Shown piece after piece: positions 43,751-59,200 of a stretch of 64,000 nucleotides of DNA. The first letter of the stretch is position 1, and the number at the start of each line of letters is the position of its first letter. A program made the position numbers and the translations under genes. This DNA comes from Eledone cirrhosa (Eukaryota), in the NCBI GenBank assembly GCA_964016885.1, contig OZ024740.1:439270001-439334000 (forward strand), given 5' to 3'. The notes below the pieces were generated by a model that made no database searches, was not told the DNA's origin, and was given only the letters and a program-made list of their open reading frames with translations.

Positions 43751-45729
43751 TAGACGCACTCACCCCAACCACGGCTAAGAAACCACATCTAGCCACCTTA
43801 GACACACTCACCCCAGCCACGGCTAAGAAACCACATCTAGACATCTGAGACACACTCACCCCAGCTACGGCTAAGAAACCACATCTACCCATCTTAGACA
43901 CACTCACCCCAGCCACGGCTAAGAAATCACATCTAGCCATCTGAGACACACTCACCACAGCCACGGTTAAGAAACCACATCTACCCATCTGAGACACACT
44001 CACCCCAGCCACGGCTAAGAAACCACATCTAGCCATCTTAGACGCACTCACCCCAGCCACGGCTAAGAAACCACATCTAGACATCTGAGACACACTCACC
44101 CCAACCACGGCTAAGAAACCACATCTAGCCATCTTAGACACACTCACCCCAGCCACGGCTAAGAAACCACATCTAGACATCTTAGACACACTCACCCCAG
44201 CCACGGCTAAGAAACCACATCTAGACATCTGAGACACACTCACCCCAGCCACTGCTAAGAAACCACATCTAGACATCTTAGACACACTCACCCCAGCCAC
44301 GGCTAAGAAACCACATCTAGACATCTGAGACACACTCACCCCAACCACGGCTAAGAAACCACATCTAGCCATCTTAGACACACTCACCCCAGCCACGGCT
44401 AAGAAACCACATCTAGACATCTGAGACACACTCACCCCAACCACGGCTAAGAAACCACATCTAGCCATCTTAGACACACTCACCCCAGCCACGGCTAAGA
44501 AACCACATCTAGACATCTTAGACACACTCACCCCAGCCACGGCTAAGAAACCACATCTAGACATCTGAGACACACTCACCCCAGCCACTGCTAAGAAACC
44601 ACATCTAGACATCTTAGACACACTCACCCCAGCCACGGCTAAGAAACCACATCTAGACATCTGAGACACACTCACCCCAACCACGGCTAAGAAACCACAT
44701 CTAGCCATCTTAGACACACTCACCCCAGCCACGGCTAAGAAACCACATCTAGACATCTGAGACACACTCACCCCAGCCACGGCTAAGAAACCACATCTAG
44801 ACATCTTAGACACACTCACCCCAGCCACGGCTAAGAAACCACATCTAGCCATCTGAGACACACTCACCACAGCCACGGTTAAGAAACCACATCTAGACAT
44901 CTGAGACACACTCACTCCAACCACGGCTAAGAAACCACATCTAGCCATCTTAGACACACTCACACCAGCCACAGCTAAGGTACCACATCTAGACATCTGA
45001 GACGCACTCACACCAGCCACGGCTAAGAAACCACATCTAGCCATCTTAGACGCACTCACACCAGCCACGGCTAAGAAACCACATCTAGCCATCTTAGACA
45101 CACTCACCCCAGCCACGGCTAAGAAACCACATCTAGCCATCTGAGACACACTCACCCCAGCCACAGCTAAGAAACCACATCTAGCCATCATCTTAGACGC
45201 ACTCACCCCAGCCACGGCTAAGAAACCACATCTATCCATCTTAGACACACTCACACCAGCCACGGCTAAGAAACCACATCTAGCCATCTCAGACACACTG
45301 ACCCCAGCCACGGCTAAGAAACCACATCTAGCCATCTTAGACACACTCACCCCAGCCACGGTTAAGAAACCACATCTAGACATCTTAGACACACTGACCC
45401 CAGGCACGGCTAAGAAACCACATCTAGCCATCTTAGACACACTCACCCCAGCCACGGTTAAGAAACCACATCTAGACATCTTAGACACACTGACCCCAGG
45501 CACGGCTAAGAAACCACATCTAGCCATCTTAGACACACTCACCCCAGCCACGGCTAAGAAACCACATCTAGCCATCTTAGACACACTCACCCCAGCCACG
45601 GCTAAGAAACCACATCTAGCCATCTTAGACACACTCACCCCAGCCACGGGTAAGAAACCACATTTACCCATCTTAGACACACTCACCCCAGCCACAGCTA
45701 AGAAACCACATCTATCCATCTTAGACACC

Positions 45730-48700
45730 CTCAACCCAGCCACGGCTAAGAAACCACATCTAGCCATCATCTTAGACGCACTCACCCCAGCCACGGCTAA
45801 GAAACCACATCTATCCATCTTAGACACACACACCCCAGCCACAGCTAAGAAACCACATCTATCCATCTTAGACACCCTCAACCCAGCCACGGCTAAGAAA
45901 CCACATCTAGCCATCTTAGACACCCTCACCCCAGCCACGGCGAAGAAACCACATCTAGCCATCTGAGACACACTGACCCCAGCCACGGCTAAGAAACCAC
46001 ATCTAGCCATCTTAGACACACTCACCCGAGCCACGGCTAAGAAACCACATCTAGCCATCTGAGACACACTGACCCCAGCCACGGCTAAGAAACCACATCT
46101 AGCCATCTTAGACACACTCACCCGAGCCACGGCTAAGAAACCACATCTAGCCATCTGAGACACACTGACCCCAGCCACGGCTAAGAAACCACATCTAGCC
46201 ATCTGAGACACACTCACACCAGTCACGGCTAAGAAACAACATCTAGCCATCTGAGACACACTGACCCCAGCCACGGCTAAGAAACCACATCTAGCCATCT
46301 TAGACACACTTACCCCAGCCACGGCTAAGAAACCACATCAAGCCATCTTAGACACACTCACACCAGCCACGGCTAAGAAACCACATCTAGCCATCTGAGA
46401 CACACTCACCCCAGCCACGGCTAAGAAACCACATCTATCCATCTTAGACACACTCACACCAGCCACGGCTAAGAAACCACATCTAGCCATCTTAGACACC
46501 CTCAACCCAGCCACAGCTAAGAAACCACATCTACCCATCTTAGACACCCTCAACCCAGCCACAGCTAAGAAACCACATCTACCCATCTTAGACACACTCA
46601 CCCCAGCCACAGCTAAGAAACCACATCTAGCCATCTTAGACACACTCACCCCAGCCACAGCTAAGAAACCACATCTAGCCATCTTAGACACACTCACCCA
46701 ACCACAGCTAAGAAACCACATCTAGCCATCATCTTAGACGCACTCACCCCAGCCACGGCTAAGAAACCACATCTATCCATCTTAGACACACACACCCCAG
46801 CCACAGCTAAGAAACCACATCTATCCATCTGAGACACACTCACCCCAGCCACAGCTAAGAAACCACATCAAGCCATCTTAGACACACTCACACCAGCCAC
46901 GGCTAAGAAACCACATCTATCCATCTTAGACACACTCACCCCAGCCACAGCTAAGAAACCACATCTATCCATCTTAGACACACTCACACCAGCCACGGCT
47001 AAGAAACCACATCTATCCATCGTAGCCACCCTCAACCCAGCCACGGCTAAGAAACCACGTCTAGCCATCTGAGACACACTGACCCCAGCCACGGCTAAGA
47101 AACCACATCTAGCCATCTGAGACACACTCACCCCAGCCACGGCGAAGAAACCACATCTAGCCATCTGAGACACACTGACCCCAGCCACGGCTAAGAAACC
47201 ACATCTACCCATCTTAGACACCCTCAACCCAGCCACGGCTAAGAAACCACATCTAGCCATCTGAGACACACTGACCCCAGCCACGGCTAAGAAACTACAT
47301 CTAGCCATCTGAGACAAACTCACCCCAGCCACGGCTAAGAAACCACATCTACCCATCTTAGACACCCTCACCCCAGCCACGGCTAAGAAACCACATCTAC
47401 CCATCTTAGACACCCTCAACCCAGCCACGGCTAAGAAACCACATCTAGCCATCTGAGACACACTGACCCCAGCCACGGCTAAGAAACCACATCTAGCCAT
47501 CTTAGAGACCCTCAACCCAGCCACGGCTAAGAACCCACATCTACCCATCTTAGACACCCTCAACCCAGCCACGGCTAAGAAACCACATCTAGCCATCTGA
47601 GACACACTCACCCCAGCCACGGCGAAGAAACCATATCTAGCCATCTTAGACACACTCACTCCAGTCACGGCTAAGAAACCACATCTAGCCATCAGAGACA
47701 CACTCACCCCAGCCACGGCGAAGAAACCACATCTAGCCATCTGAGACACACTCACCCCAGACACGGCTAAGAAACCACATCTAGCCATCTTAGACACACT
47801 CACCCCAGCCACGGCGAAGAAACCACATCTAGCCATCTTAGATACACTCACCCCAGCCACGGCGAAGAAACCACATCTAGCCATCTTAGACACACTCACC
47901 CCAGACACGGCTAAGAAACCACTTCTAGCCATCTTAGACACACTCACCCCAGCCACGGCGAAGAAACCACATCTAGCCATCTTAGACATACTCACCCCAG
48001 ACACGGCTAAGAAACCACATCTAGCCATCTTAGACACACTCACCCCAGCCACGGCGAAGAAACCACATCTAGCCATCTTAGATACACTCACACCAGTCAC
48101 GGCTAAGAAACCACATCTAGCCATCTTAGATACACTCACCCCAGCAACGGCGAAGAAACCACATCTAACCATCTTAGACACACTCACCCCAGCAACGGCG
48201 AAGAAACCACATCTAGCCATCTTAGACACACTCACCCCAGCCACGGCGAAGAAACCACATCTAGCCATCTTAGATACACTCACACCAGTCACGGCTAAGA
48301 AACCACATCTAGCCATCTTAGATACACTCACCCCAGCAACGGCGAAGAAACCACATCTAGCCATCTTAGACACACTCACCCCAGCCACGGCGAAGAAACC
48401 ACATCTAGCCATCTTAGATACACTCACACCAGTCACGGCTAAGAAACCACATCTAGCCATCTGAGACACACTCACCCCAGCCACGGCTAAGAAACTACAT
48501 CTACCCATCTTAGATACACTCACCCCAGTCACGGCTAAGAAACCACATCTAGACATCTTAGACACACTCACCCCTGCCACGGCTAAGAAACCACATCTAC
48601 CAATCTGAGACACACTGACCCCAGCCAAGGCTAAGAAACTACATCTACCCATCTTAGACACACTCACCACAGCCACAGCTAAGAAACCACATCTATCCAT

Positions 48701-51700
48701 CTTAGACACACTCACCCCAGCCACGGCTAAGAAACAACATCTAGCCATCTTAGACACACTCACCCCAGCCACGGCTAAGAAACAACATCTAGCCATCTTA
48801 GACACCCTCACCCCAGCCACGGCTAAGAAACAACATCTACCCATTTAGACACACTCACTCCAGCCACACTAAGAAACCACATCTAGCCATCTTAGACACA
48901 CTTACCCCAGCCACGGCTAAGAAACTACATCTACCCATCTTAGACACACTCACCCCAGCCGCGGCTAAGAAACTACATCTACCCATCTTAGACACACTCA
49001 GCCCAGCCACGGCTAAGAAACCACATCTACCCATCTTAGACACACTCACCCCAGCCGCGGCTAAGAAACTACATTTACCCATCTTAGACACACTCAGCCC
49101 AGCCACGGCTAAGAAACCACATCTACCCATCTGAGACACACTCAGCCCAGCCACGGCTAAGAAACCACATCTACCCATCTTAGACACACTCACCCCAGCC
49201 GCGGCTAAGAAACCACATCTAGCCATCTGAGACACACTCAGCCCAGCCACGGCTAAGAAACCACATCTAGCCATCTGAGACACACTCACCCCAGCCACGG
49301 CTAAGAAACCACATCTACCCATCTTAGACAGACTCACCCCAGCCGCGGCTAAGAAACCACATCTAGCCATCTGAGACACACTCACCCCAGCCACGGCTAA
49401 GAAACCACATCTACCCATCTGAGACACACTCAGCCCAGCCACAGCTAAGAAACCACATCTAGCCATCTGAGACACACTCACCCCAGCCACGGCTAAGAAA
49501 CCACATCTACCCATCTTAGACAGACTCACCCCAGCCGCGGCTAAGAAACCACATCTACCCATCTGAGACACACTCAGCCCAGCCACGGCCAAGAAACCAC
49601 ATCTACCCATCTGAGACACACTCACCCCAGCCACTGGCTAAGAAACCACATCTACCCATCTTAGACACCCTCAACCCAGCCACGGCTAAGAAACCACATC
49701 TAGCCATCTGAGACACACTGACCCCAGCCACGGCTAAGAAACCACATCTAGCCATCTGAGACAAACTCACCCCAGCCACGGCTAAGAAACCACATCTAGC
49801 CATCTGAGACACACTGACCCCAGCCACGGCTAAGAAACCACATCTAGCCATCTGAGACACACTCACCCCAGCCACGGCTAAGAAACCACATCTAGCCATC
49901 TGAGACACACTCACCCCAGCCACGGCTAAGAAACCACATCTACCCATCTTAGACAGACTCACCCCAGCCGCGGCTAAGAAACCACATCTACCCATCTGAG
50001 ACACACTCAGCCCAGCCACGGCCAAGAAACCACATCTACCCATCTGAGACACACTCACCCCAGCCACGGCTAAGAAACCACATCTACCCATCTTAGACAC
50101 CCTCAACCTAGCCACGGCTAAGAAACCACATCTAGCCATCTGAGACACACTGACCCCAGCCACGGCTAAGAAACCACATCTAGCCATCTGAGACAAACTC
50201 ACCCCAGCCACGGCTAAGAAACCACATCTAGCCATCTGAGACACACTGACCCCAGCCACGGCTAAGAAACCACATCTAGCCATCTGAGACACACTCACCC
50301 CAGCCACGGCTAAGAAACCACATCTAGACATCTGAGACACACTCACACCAGCCACGGTTAAGAAACCACATCTAGCCATCTTAGACACACTCACCACAGC
50401 CACGGCTAAGAAACCACATCTAGACATCTGAGACACACTCACCACAGCCACGGTTAAGAAACCACATCTATCCAACTTAGACACACTCACCCCAGCCACG
50501 GCTAAGAAACCACATCTAGACATCTGAGACACACTCACACCAGCCACGGTTAAGAAACCACATCTAGCCATCTTAGACACACTCACCACAGCCACGGCTA
50601 AGAAACCACATCTAGACATCTGAGACACACTCACCACAGCCACGGTTAAGAAACCACATCTATCCATCTTAGACACACTCACCACAGCCACGGCTAAGGA
50701 ACCACATCTAGACATCTGAGACACACTCACCACAGCCACGGTTAAGAAACCACATCTAGACATCTTAGACACACTCATCCCAGCCACGGCTAAGAAACCA
50801 CATCTAGACATCTTAGACACACTCACCACAGCCACGGCTAAGGAACCACATCTAGACATCTGAGACACACTCACCCCAGCCACGGCTAAGAAACCACATC
50901 TAGCCATCTGAGACACACTCACCCCAGCCACGGCTAAGAAACCACATCTAGCCATCTGAGACACACTCAACCCAGCCACGGCTAAGAAACCACATCTAGC
51001 CATCATCTTAGACGCACTCACCCCAGCCACGGCTAAGAAACCACATCTATCCATCTTAGACACACACACCCCAGCCACAGCTAAGAAACCACATCTATCC
51101 ATCTTAGACACCCTCAACCCAGCCACGGCTAAGAAACCACATCTAGCCATCTTAGACACCCTCACCCCAGCCACGGCGAAGAAACCACATCTAGCCATCT
51201 GAGACACACTGACCCCAGCCACGGCTAAGAAACCACATCTAGCCATCTTAGACACACTCACCCGAGCCACGGCTAAGAAACCACATCTAGCCATCTGAGA
51301 CACACTGACCCCAGCCACGGCTAAGAAACCACATCTAGCCATCTTAGACACACTCACCCGAGCCACGGCTAAGAAACCACATCTAGCCATCTGAGACACA
51401 CTGACCCCAGCCACGGCTAAGAAACCACATCTAGCCATCTGAGACACACTCACACCAGTCACGGCTAAGAAACAACATCTAGCCATCTGAGACACACTGA
51501 CCCCAGCCACGGCTAAGAAACCACATCTAGCCATCTTAGACACACTTACCCCAGCCACGGCTAAGAAACCACATCAAGCCATCTTAGACACACTCACACC
51601 AGCCACGGCTAAGAAACCACATCTAGCCATCTGAGACACACTCACCCCAGCCACGGCTAAGAAACCACATCTATCCATCTTAGACACACTCACACCAGCC

Positions 51701-54700
51701 ACGGCTAAGAAACCACATCTAGCCATCTTAGACACCCTCAACCCAGCCACAGCTAAGAAACCACATCTACCCATCTTAGACACCCTCAACCCAGCCACAG
51801 CTAAGAAACCACATCTACCCATCTTAGACACACTCACCCCAGCCACAGCTAAGAAACCACATCTAGCCATCTTAGACACACTCACCCCAGCCACAGCTAA
51901 GAAACCACATCTAGCCATCTTAGACACACTCACCCAACCACAGCTAAGAAACCACATCTAGCCATCATCTTAGACGCACTCACCCCAGCCACGGCTAAGA
52001 AACCACATCTATCCATCTTAGACACACACACCCCAGCCACAGCTAAGAAACCACATCTATCCATCTGAGACACACTCACCCCAGCCACAGCTAAGAAACC
52101 ACATCAAGCCATCTTAGACACACTCACACCAGCCACGGCTAAGAAACCACATCTATCCATCTTAGACACACTCACCCCAGCCACAGCTAAGAAACCACAT
52201 CTATCCATCTTAGACACACTCACACCAGCCACGGCTAAGAAACCACATCTATCCATCGTAGCCACCCTCAACCCAGCCACGGCTAAGAAACCACGTCTAG
52301 CCATCTGAGACACACTGACCCCAGCCACGGCTAAGAAACCACATCTAGCCATCTGAGACACACTCACCCCAGCCACGGCGAAGAAACCACATCTAGCCAT
52401 CTGAGACACACTGACCCCAGCCACGGCTAAGAAACCACATCTACCCATCTTAGACACCCTCAACCCAGCCACGGCTAAGAAACCACATCTAGCCATCTGA
52501 GACACACTGACCCCAGCCACGGCTAAGAAACTACATCTAGCCATCTGAGACAAACTCACCCCAGCCACGGCTAAGAAACCACATCTACCCATCTTAGACA
52601 CCCTCACCCCAGCCACGGCTAAGAAACCACATCTACCCATCTTAGACACCCTCAACCCAGCCACGGCTAAGAAACCACATCTAGCCATCTGAGACACACT
52701 GACCCCAGCCACGGCTAAGAAACCACATCTAGCCATCTTAGAGACCCTCAACCCAGCCACGGCTAAGAACCCACATCTACCCATCTTAGACACCCTCAAC
52801 CCAGCCACGGCTAAGAAACCACATCTAGCCATCTGAGACACACTCACCCCAGCCACGGCGAAGAAACCATATCTAGCCATCTTAGACACACTCACTCCAG
52901 TCACGGCTAAGAAACCACATCTAGCCATCAGAGACACACTCACCCCAGCCACGGCGAAGAAACCACATCTAGCCATCTGAGACACACTCACCCCAGACAC
53001 GGCTAAGAAACCACATCTAGCCATCTTAGACACACTCACCCCAGCCACGGCGAAGAAACCACATCTAGCCATCTTAGATACACTCACCCCAGCCACGGCG
53101 AAGAAACCACATCTAGCCATCTTAGACACACTCACCCCAGACACGGCTAAGAAACCACTTCTAGCCATCTTAGACACACTCACCCCAGCCACGGCGAAGA
53201 AACCACATCTAGCCATCTTAGACATACTCACCCCAGACACGGCTAAGAAACCACATCTAGCCATCTTAGACACACTCACCCCAGCCACGGCGAAGAAACC
53301 ACATCTAGCCATCTTAGATACACTCACACCAGTCACGGCTAAGAAACCACATCTAGCCATCTTAGATACACTCACCCCAGCAACGGCGAAGAAACCACAT
53401 CTAACCATCTTAGACACACTCACCCCAGCAACGGCGAAGAAACCACATCTAGCCATCTTAGACACACTCACCCCAGCCACGGCGAAGAAACCACATCTAG
53501 CCATCTTAGATACACTCACACCAGTCACGGCTAAGAAACCACATCTAGCCATCTTAGATACACTCACCCCAGCAACGGCGAAGAAACCACATCTAGCCAT
53601 CTTAGACACACTCACCCCAGCCACGGCGAAGAAACCACATCTAGCCATCTTAGATACACTCACACCAGTCACGGCTAAGAAACCACATCTAGCCATCTGA
53701 GACACACTCACCCCAGCCACGGCTAAGAAACTACATCTACCCATCTTAGATACACTCACCCCAGTCACGGCTAAGAAACCACATCTAGACATCTTAGACA
53801 CACTCACCCCTGCCACGGCTAAGAAACCACATCTACCAATCTGAGACACACTGACCCCAGCCAAGGCTAAGAAACTACATCTACCCATCTTAGACACACT
53901 CACCACAGCCACAGCTAAGAAACCACATCTATCCATCTTAGACACACTCACCCCAGCCACGGCTAAGAAACAACATCTAGCCATCTTAGACACACTCACC
54001 CCAGCCACGGCTAAGAAACAACATCTAGCCATCTTAGACACCCTCACCCCAGCCACGGCTAAGAAACAACATCTACCCATTTAGACACACTCACTCCAGC
54101 CACACTAAGAAACCACATCTAGCCATCTTAGACACACTTACCCCAGCCACGGCTAAGAAACTACATCTACCCATCTTAGACACACTCACCCCAGCCGCGG
54201 CTAAGAAACTACATCTACCCATCTTAGACACACTCAGCCCAGCCACGGCTAAGAAACCACATCTACCCATCTTAGACACACTCACCCCAGCCGCGGCTAA
54301 GAAACTACATTTACCCATCTTAGACACACTCAGCCCAGCCACGGCTAAGAAACCACATCTACCCATCTGAGACACACTCAGCCCAGCCACGGCTAAGAAA
54401 CCACATCTACCCATCTTAGACACACTCACCCCAGCCGCGGCTAAGAAACCACATCTAGCCATCTGAGACACACTCAGCCCAGCCACGGCTAAGAAACCAC
54501 ATCTAGCCATCTGAGACACACTCACCCCAGCCACGGCTAAGAAACCACATCTACCCATCTTAGACAGACTCACCCCAGCCGCGGCTAAGAAACCACATCT
54601 AGCCATCTGAGACACACTCACCCCAGCCACGGCTAAGAAACCACATCTACCCATCTGAGACACACTCAGCCCAGCCACAGCTAAGAAACCACATCTAGCC

Positions 54701-56201
54701 ATCTGAGACACACTCACCCCAGCCACGGCTAAGAAACCACATCTACCCATCTTAGACAGACTCACCCCAGCCGCGGCTAAGAAACCACATCTACCCATCT
54801 GAGACACACTCAGCCCAGCCACGGCCAAGAAACCACATCTACCCATCTGAGACACACTCACCCCAGCCACTGGCTAAGAAACCACATCTACCCATCTTAG
54901 ACACCCTCAACCCAGCCACGGCTAAGAAACCACATCTAGCCATCTGAGACACACTGACCCCAGCCACGGCTAAGAAACCACATCTAGCCATCTGAGACAA
55001 ACTCACCCCAGCCACGGCTAAGAAACCACATCTAGCCATCTGAGACACACTGACCCCAGCCACGGCTAAGAAACCACATCTAGCCATCTGAGACACACTC
55101 ACCCCAGCCACGGCTAAGAAACCACATCTAGCCATCTGAGACACACTCACCCCAGCCACGGCTAAGAAACCACATCTACCCATCTTAGACAGACTCACCC
55201 CAGCCGCGGCTAAGAAACCACATCTACCCATCTGAGACACACTCAGCCCAGCCACGGCCAAGAAACCACATCTACCCATCTGAGACACACTCACCCCAGC
55301 CACGGCTAAGAAACCACATCTACCCATCTTAGACACCCTCAACCTAGCCACGGCTAAGAAACCACATCTAGCCATCTGAGACACACTGACCCCAGCCACG
55401 GCTAAGAAACCACATCTAGCCATCTGAGACAAACTCACCCCAGCCACGGCTAAGAAACCACATCTAGCCATCTGAGACACACTGACCCCAGCCACGGCTA
55501 AGAAACCACATCTAGCCATCTGAGACACACTCACCCCAGCCACGGCTAAGAAACCACATCTAGACATCTGAGACACACTCACACCAGCCACGGTTAAGAA
55601 ACCACATCTAGCCATCTTAGACACACTCACCACAGCCACGGCTAAGAAACCACATCTAGACATCTGAGACACACTCACCACAGCCACGGTTAAGAAACCA
55701 CATCTATCCAACTTAGACACACTCACCCCAGCCACGGCTAAGAAACCACATCTAGACATCTGAGACACACTCACACCAGCCACGGTTAAGAAACCACATC
55801 TAGCCATCTTAGACACACTCACCACAGCCACGGCTAAGAAACCACATCTAGACATCTGAGACACACTCACCACAGCCACGGTTAAGAAACCACATCTATC
55901 CATCTTAGACACACTCACCACAGCCACGGCTAAGGAACCACATCTAGACATCTGAGACACACTCACCACAGCCACGGTTAAGAAACCACATCTAGACATC
56001 TTAGACACACTCATCCCAGCCACGGCTAAGAAACCACATCTAGACATCTTAGACACACTCACCACAGCCACGGCTAAGGAACCACATCTAGACATCTGAG
56101 ACACACTCACCCCAGCCACGGCTAAGAAACCACATCTAGCCATCTGAGACACACTCACCCCAGCCACGGCTAAGAAACCACATCTAGCCATCTGAGACAC
56201 A
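45730..56201 (+). repeat. 5,236-bp (109-monomer) tandem duplication, apparently identical: 45730-50965 and 50966-56201
   Basis: ORF-track entries recur identically at offset 5236 (46338/51574, 46868/52104, 48855/54091). Private variants CATCGTAGCC, GAACCCAC, CCATATCT, ATCAGAGAC, CCACTGGCT and TCCAACTT recur at that offset. 5236 = 109x48+4, which matches the indels inside the unit (+3+3-1-2+1). Confidence 0.95.
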
Positions 56202-59200
56202 CTCACCCCAGCCACGGCTAAGAAACCACATCTAGACATCTGAGACACACTCACCCCAGCCACGGCTAAGAAACCACATCTAGACATCTTAGACACACTC
56301 ACACCAGCCACGGCTAAGAAACCACATCTAGCCATCTGAGACACACTCACCCCAGCCACGGCTAAGAAACCACATCTAGCCATCTTAGACGCACTCACAC
56401 CAGCCACGGCTAAGAAACCACATCTAGACATCTTAGACACACTCACCCCAGTCACGGCTAAGAAACCACATCTAGACATCTTAGACACACTCACACCAGC
56501 CACGGCTAAGAAACCACATCTAGACATCTGAGACACACTCACCCCAGCCACGGCTAAGAAACCACATCTAGACATCTTAGACACACTCACACCAGCCACG
56601 GCTAAGAAACCACATCTAGACATCTGAGACACACTCACCCCAGTCACGGCTAAGAAACCACATCTAGACATCTTAGACACACTCACCCCAGTCACGGCTA
56701 AGAAACCACATCTAGACATCTGAGACACACTCACCCCAGCCACGGCTAAGAAACCACATCTAGACATCTTAGACACACTCACACCAGCCACGGCTAAGAA
56801 ACCACATCTAGACATCTGAGACACACTCACCCCAGTCACGGCTAAGAAACCACATCTAGACATCTTAGACACACTCACCCCAGTCACGGCTAAGAAACCA
56901 CATCTAGACATCTGAGACACACTCACCCCAGCCACGGCTAAGAAACCACATCTAGACATCTTAGACACACTCACCCCAGTCACGGCTAAGAAACCACATC
57001 TAGACATCTTAGACACACTCACCCCAGTCACGGCTAAGAAACCACATCTAGACATCTTAGACACACTCACCCCAGTCACGGCTAAGAAACCACATCTAGA
57101 CATCTGAGACACACTCACCCCAGCCACGGCTAAGAAACCACATCTAGACATCTGAGACACACTCACACCAGCCACGGCTAAGAAACCACATCTAGACATC
57201 TGAGACACACTCACCCCAGCCACGGCTAAGAAACCACATCTAGACATCTTAGACACACTCACCCCAGTCACGGCTAAGAAACCACATCTAGACATCTTAG
57301 ACACACTCACCACAGCCACGGCTAAGGAACCACATCTAGACATCTGAGACACACTCACCCCAGCCACGGCTAAGAAACCACATCTACCCATCTTAGACAC
57401 ACTCACCACAGCCACGGCTAAGGTACCACATCTAGCCATCTTAGACACACTCACCCCAGCCACAGCTAAGGTACCACATCTAGCCATCTGAGACACACTC
57501 ACCCCAACCACGGCTAAGAAACCACATCTAGCCATCTTAGACACACTCACCCCAGCCACGGCTAAGAAACCACATCTAGCCATCTGAGACACACTCACCC
57601 CAGCCACAGTTAAGAAACCACATCTAGCCATCATCTTAGACGCACTCACCCCAGCCACGGCTAAGAAACCACATCTAGCCATCTGAGACACACTCACCCC
57701 AGCCACGGCTAAGAAACCACATCTAGACATCTTAGACACACTCACACCAGCCACGGCTAAGAAACCACATCTATCCATCTTAGACACACTCACCCCAGCC
57801 ACGGCTAAGAAACCACATCTAGACATCTTAGACACACTCACCCCAGCCACGGCTAAGAAACCACATCTAGACATCTTAGACACACTCACCCCAGCTACGG
57901 CTAAGAAACCACATCTAGACATCTTAGACACACTCACCCCAGCCACGGCTAAGAAACCACATCTAGACATCTTAGACACACTCACACCAGCCACGGCTAA
58001 GAAACCACATCTAGCCATCTGAGACACACTCACCCCAGCCACGGCTAAGAAACCACATCTAGACATCTTAGACACACTCACCCCAGCCACGGCTAAGAAA
58101 CCACATCTAGCCATCTTAGACACACTCACCCCAGCCAAGGCTAAGAAACCACATCTAGACATCTTAGACACACTCACACCAGCCACGGCTAAGAAACCAC
58201 ATCTATCCATCTTAGACACACTCACCCCAGCCACAGCTAAGAAACCACATCTAGACATCTTAGACACACTGACCCCAGGCACGGCTAAGAAACCACATCT
58301 AGCCATCTTAGTCACACTCACCCCAGCCACGGCTAAGAAACCACATCTAGCCATCTTAGACACACTCACCCCAGCCACGGCTAAGAAACCACATCTAGCC
58401 ATCTTAGACACACTCACCCCAGCCACAGCTAAGAAACCACATCTAGCCATCATCTTAGACGCACTCACCCCAGCCACGGCTAAGAAACCACATCTATCCA
58501 TCTTAGACACACACACCCCAGCCACAGCTAAGAAACCACATCTATCCATCTTAGACACCCTCAACCCAGCCACGGCTAAGAAACCACATCTAGCCATCTT
58601 AGACACCCTCACCCCAGCCACGGCGAAGAAACCACATCTAGCCATCTGAGACACACTCACCCCAGCCACGGCTAAGAAACCACATCTAGACATCTGAGAC
58701 AGACTCACCCCAGCCACAGCGAAGAAACCACATCTAGCCATCTGAGACACACTCACCCCAGCCACAGCTAAGAAACCACATCAAGCCATCTTAGACAAAC
58801 TCACACCAGCCACGGCTAAGAGACAACATCTAGCCATCTTAGACACACTCACCCCAGCCACAGCTAAGAAACCACATCTACCCATCTTAGACACCCTCAA
58901 CCCAGCCACGGCTAAGAAACCACATCTACCCATCTTAGACACCCTCTCCCCAGCCACGGCTAAGAAACCACATCTACCCATCTTAGACACACTCACCCCA
59001 GCCACGGCTAAGAAACCACATCTACCCATCTTAGACACCCTCAACCCAGCCACAGCTAAGAAACCACATCTAGCCATCTGAGACACACTCACCCCAGCCA
59101 CGGCTAAGAAACCACATCTAGCCATCTTAGACACCCTCAACCCAGCCACGGCTAAGAAACCACATCTAGCCATCTGAGACACACTCTCCCCAGCCACGGC

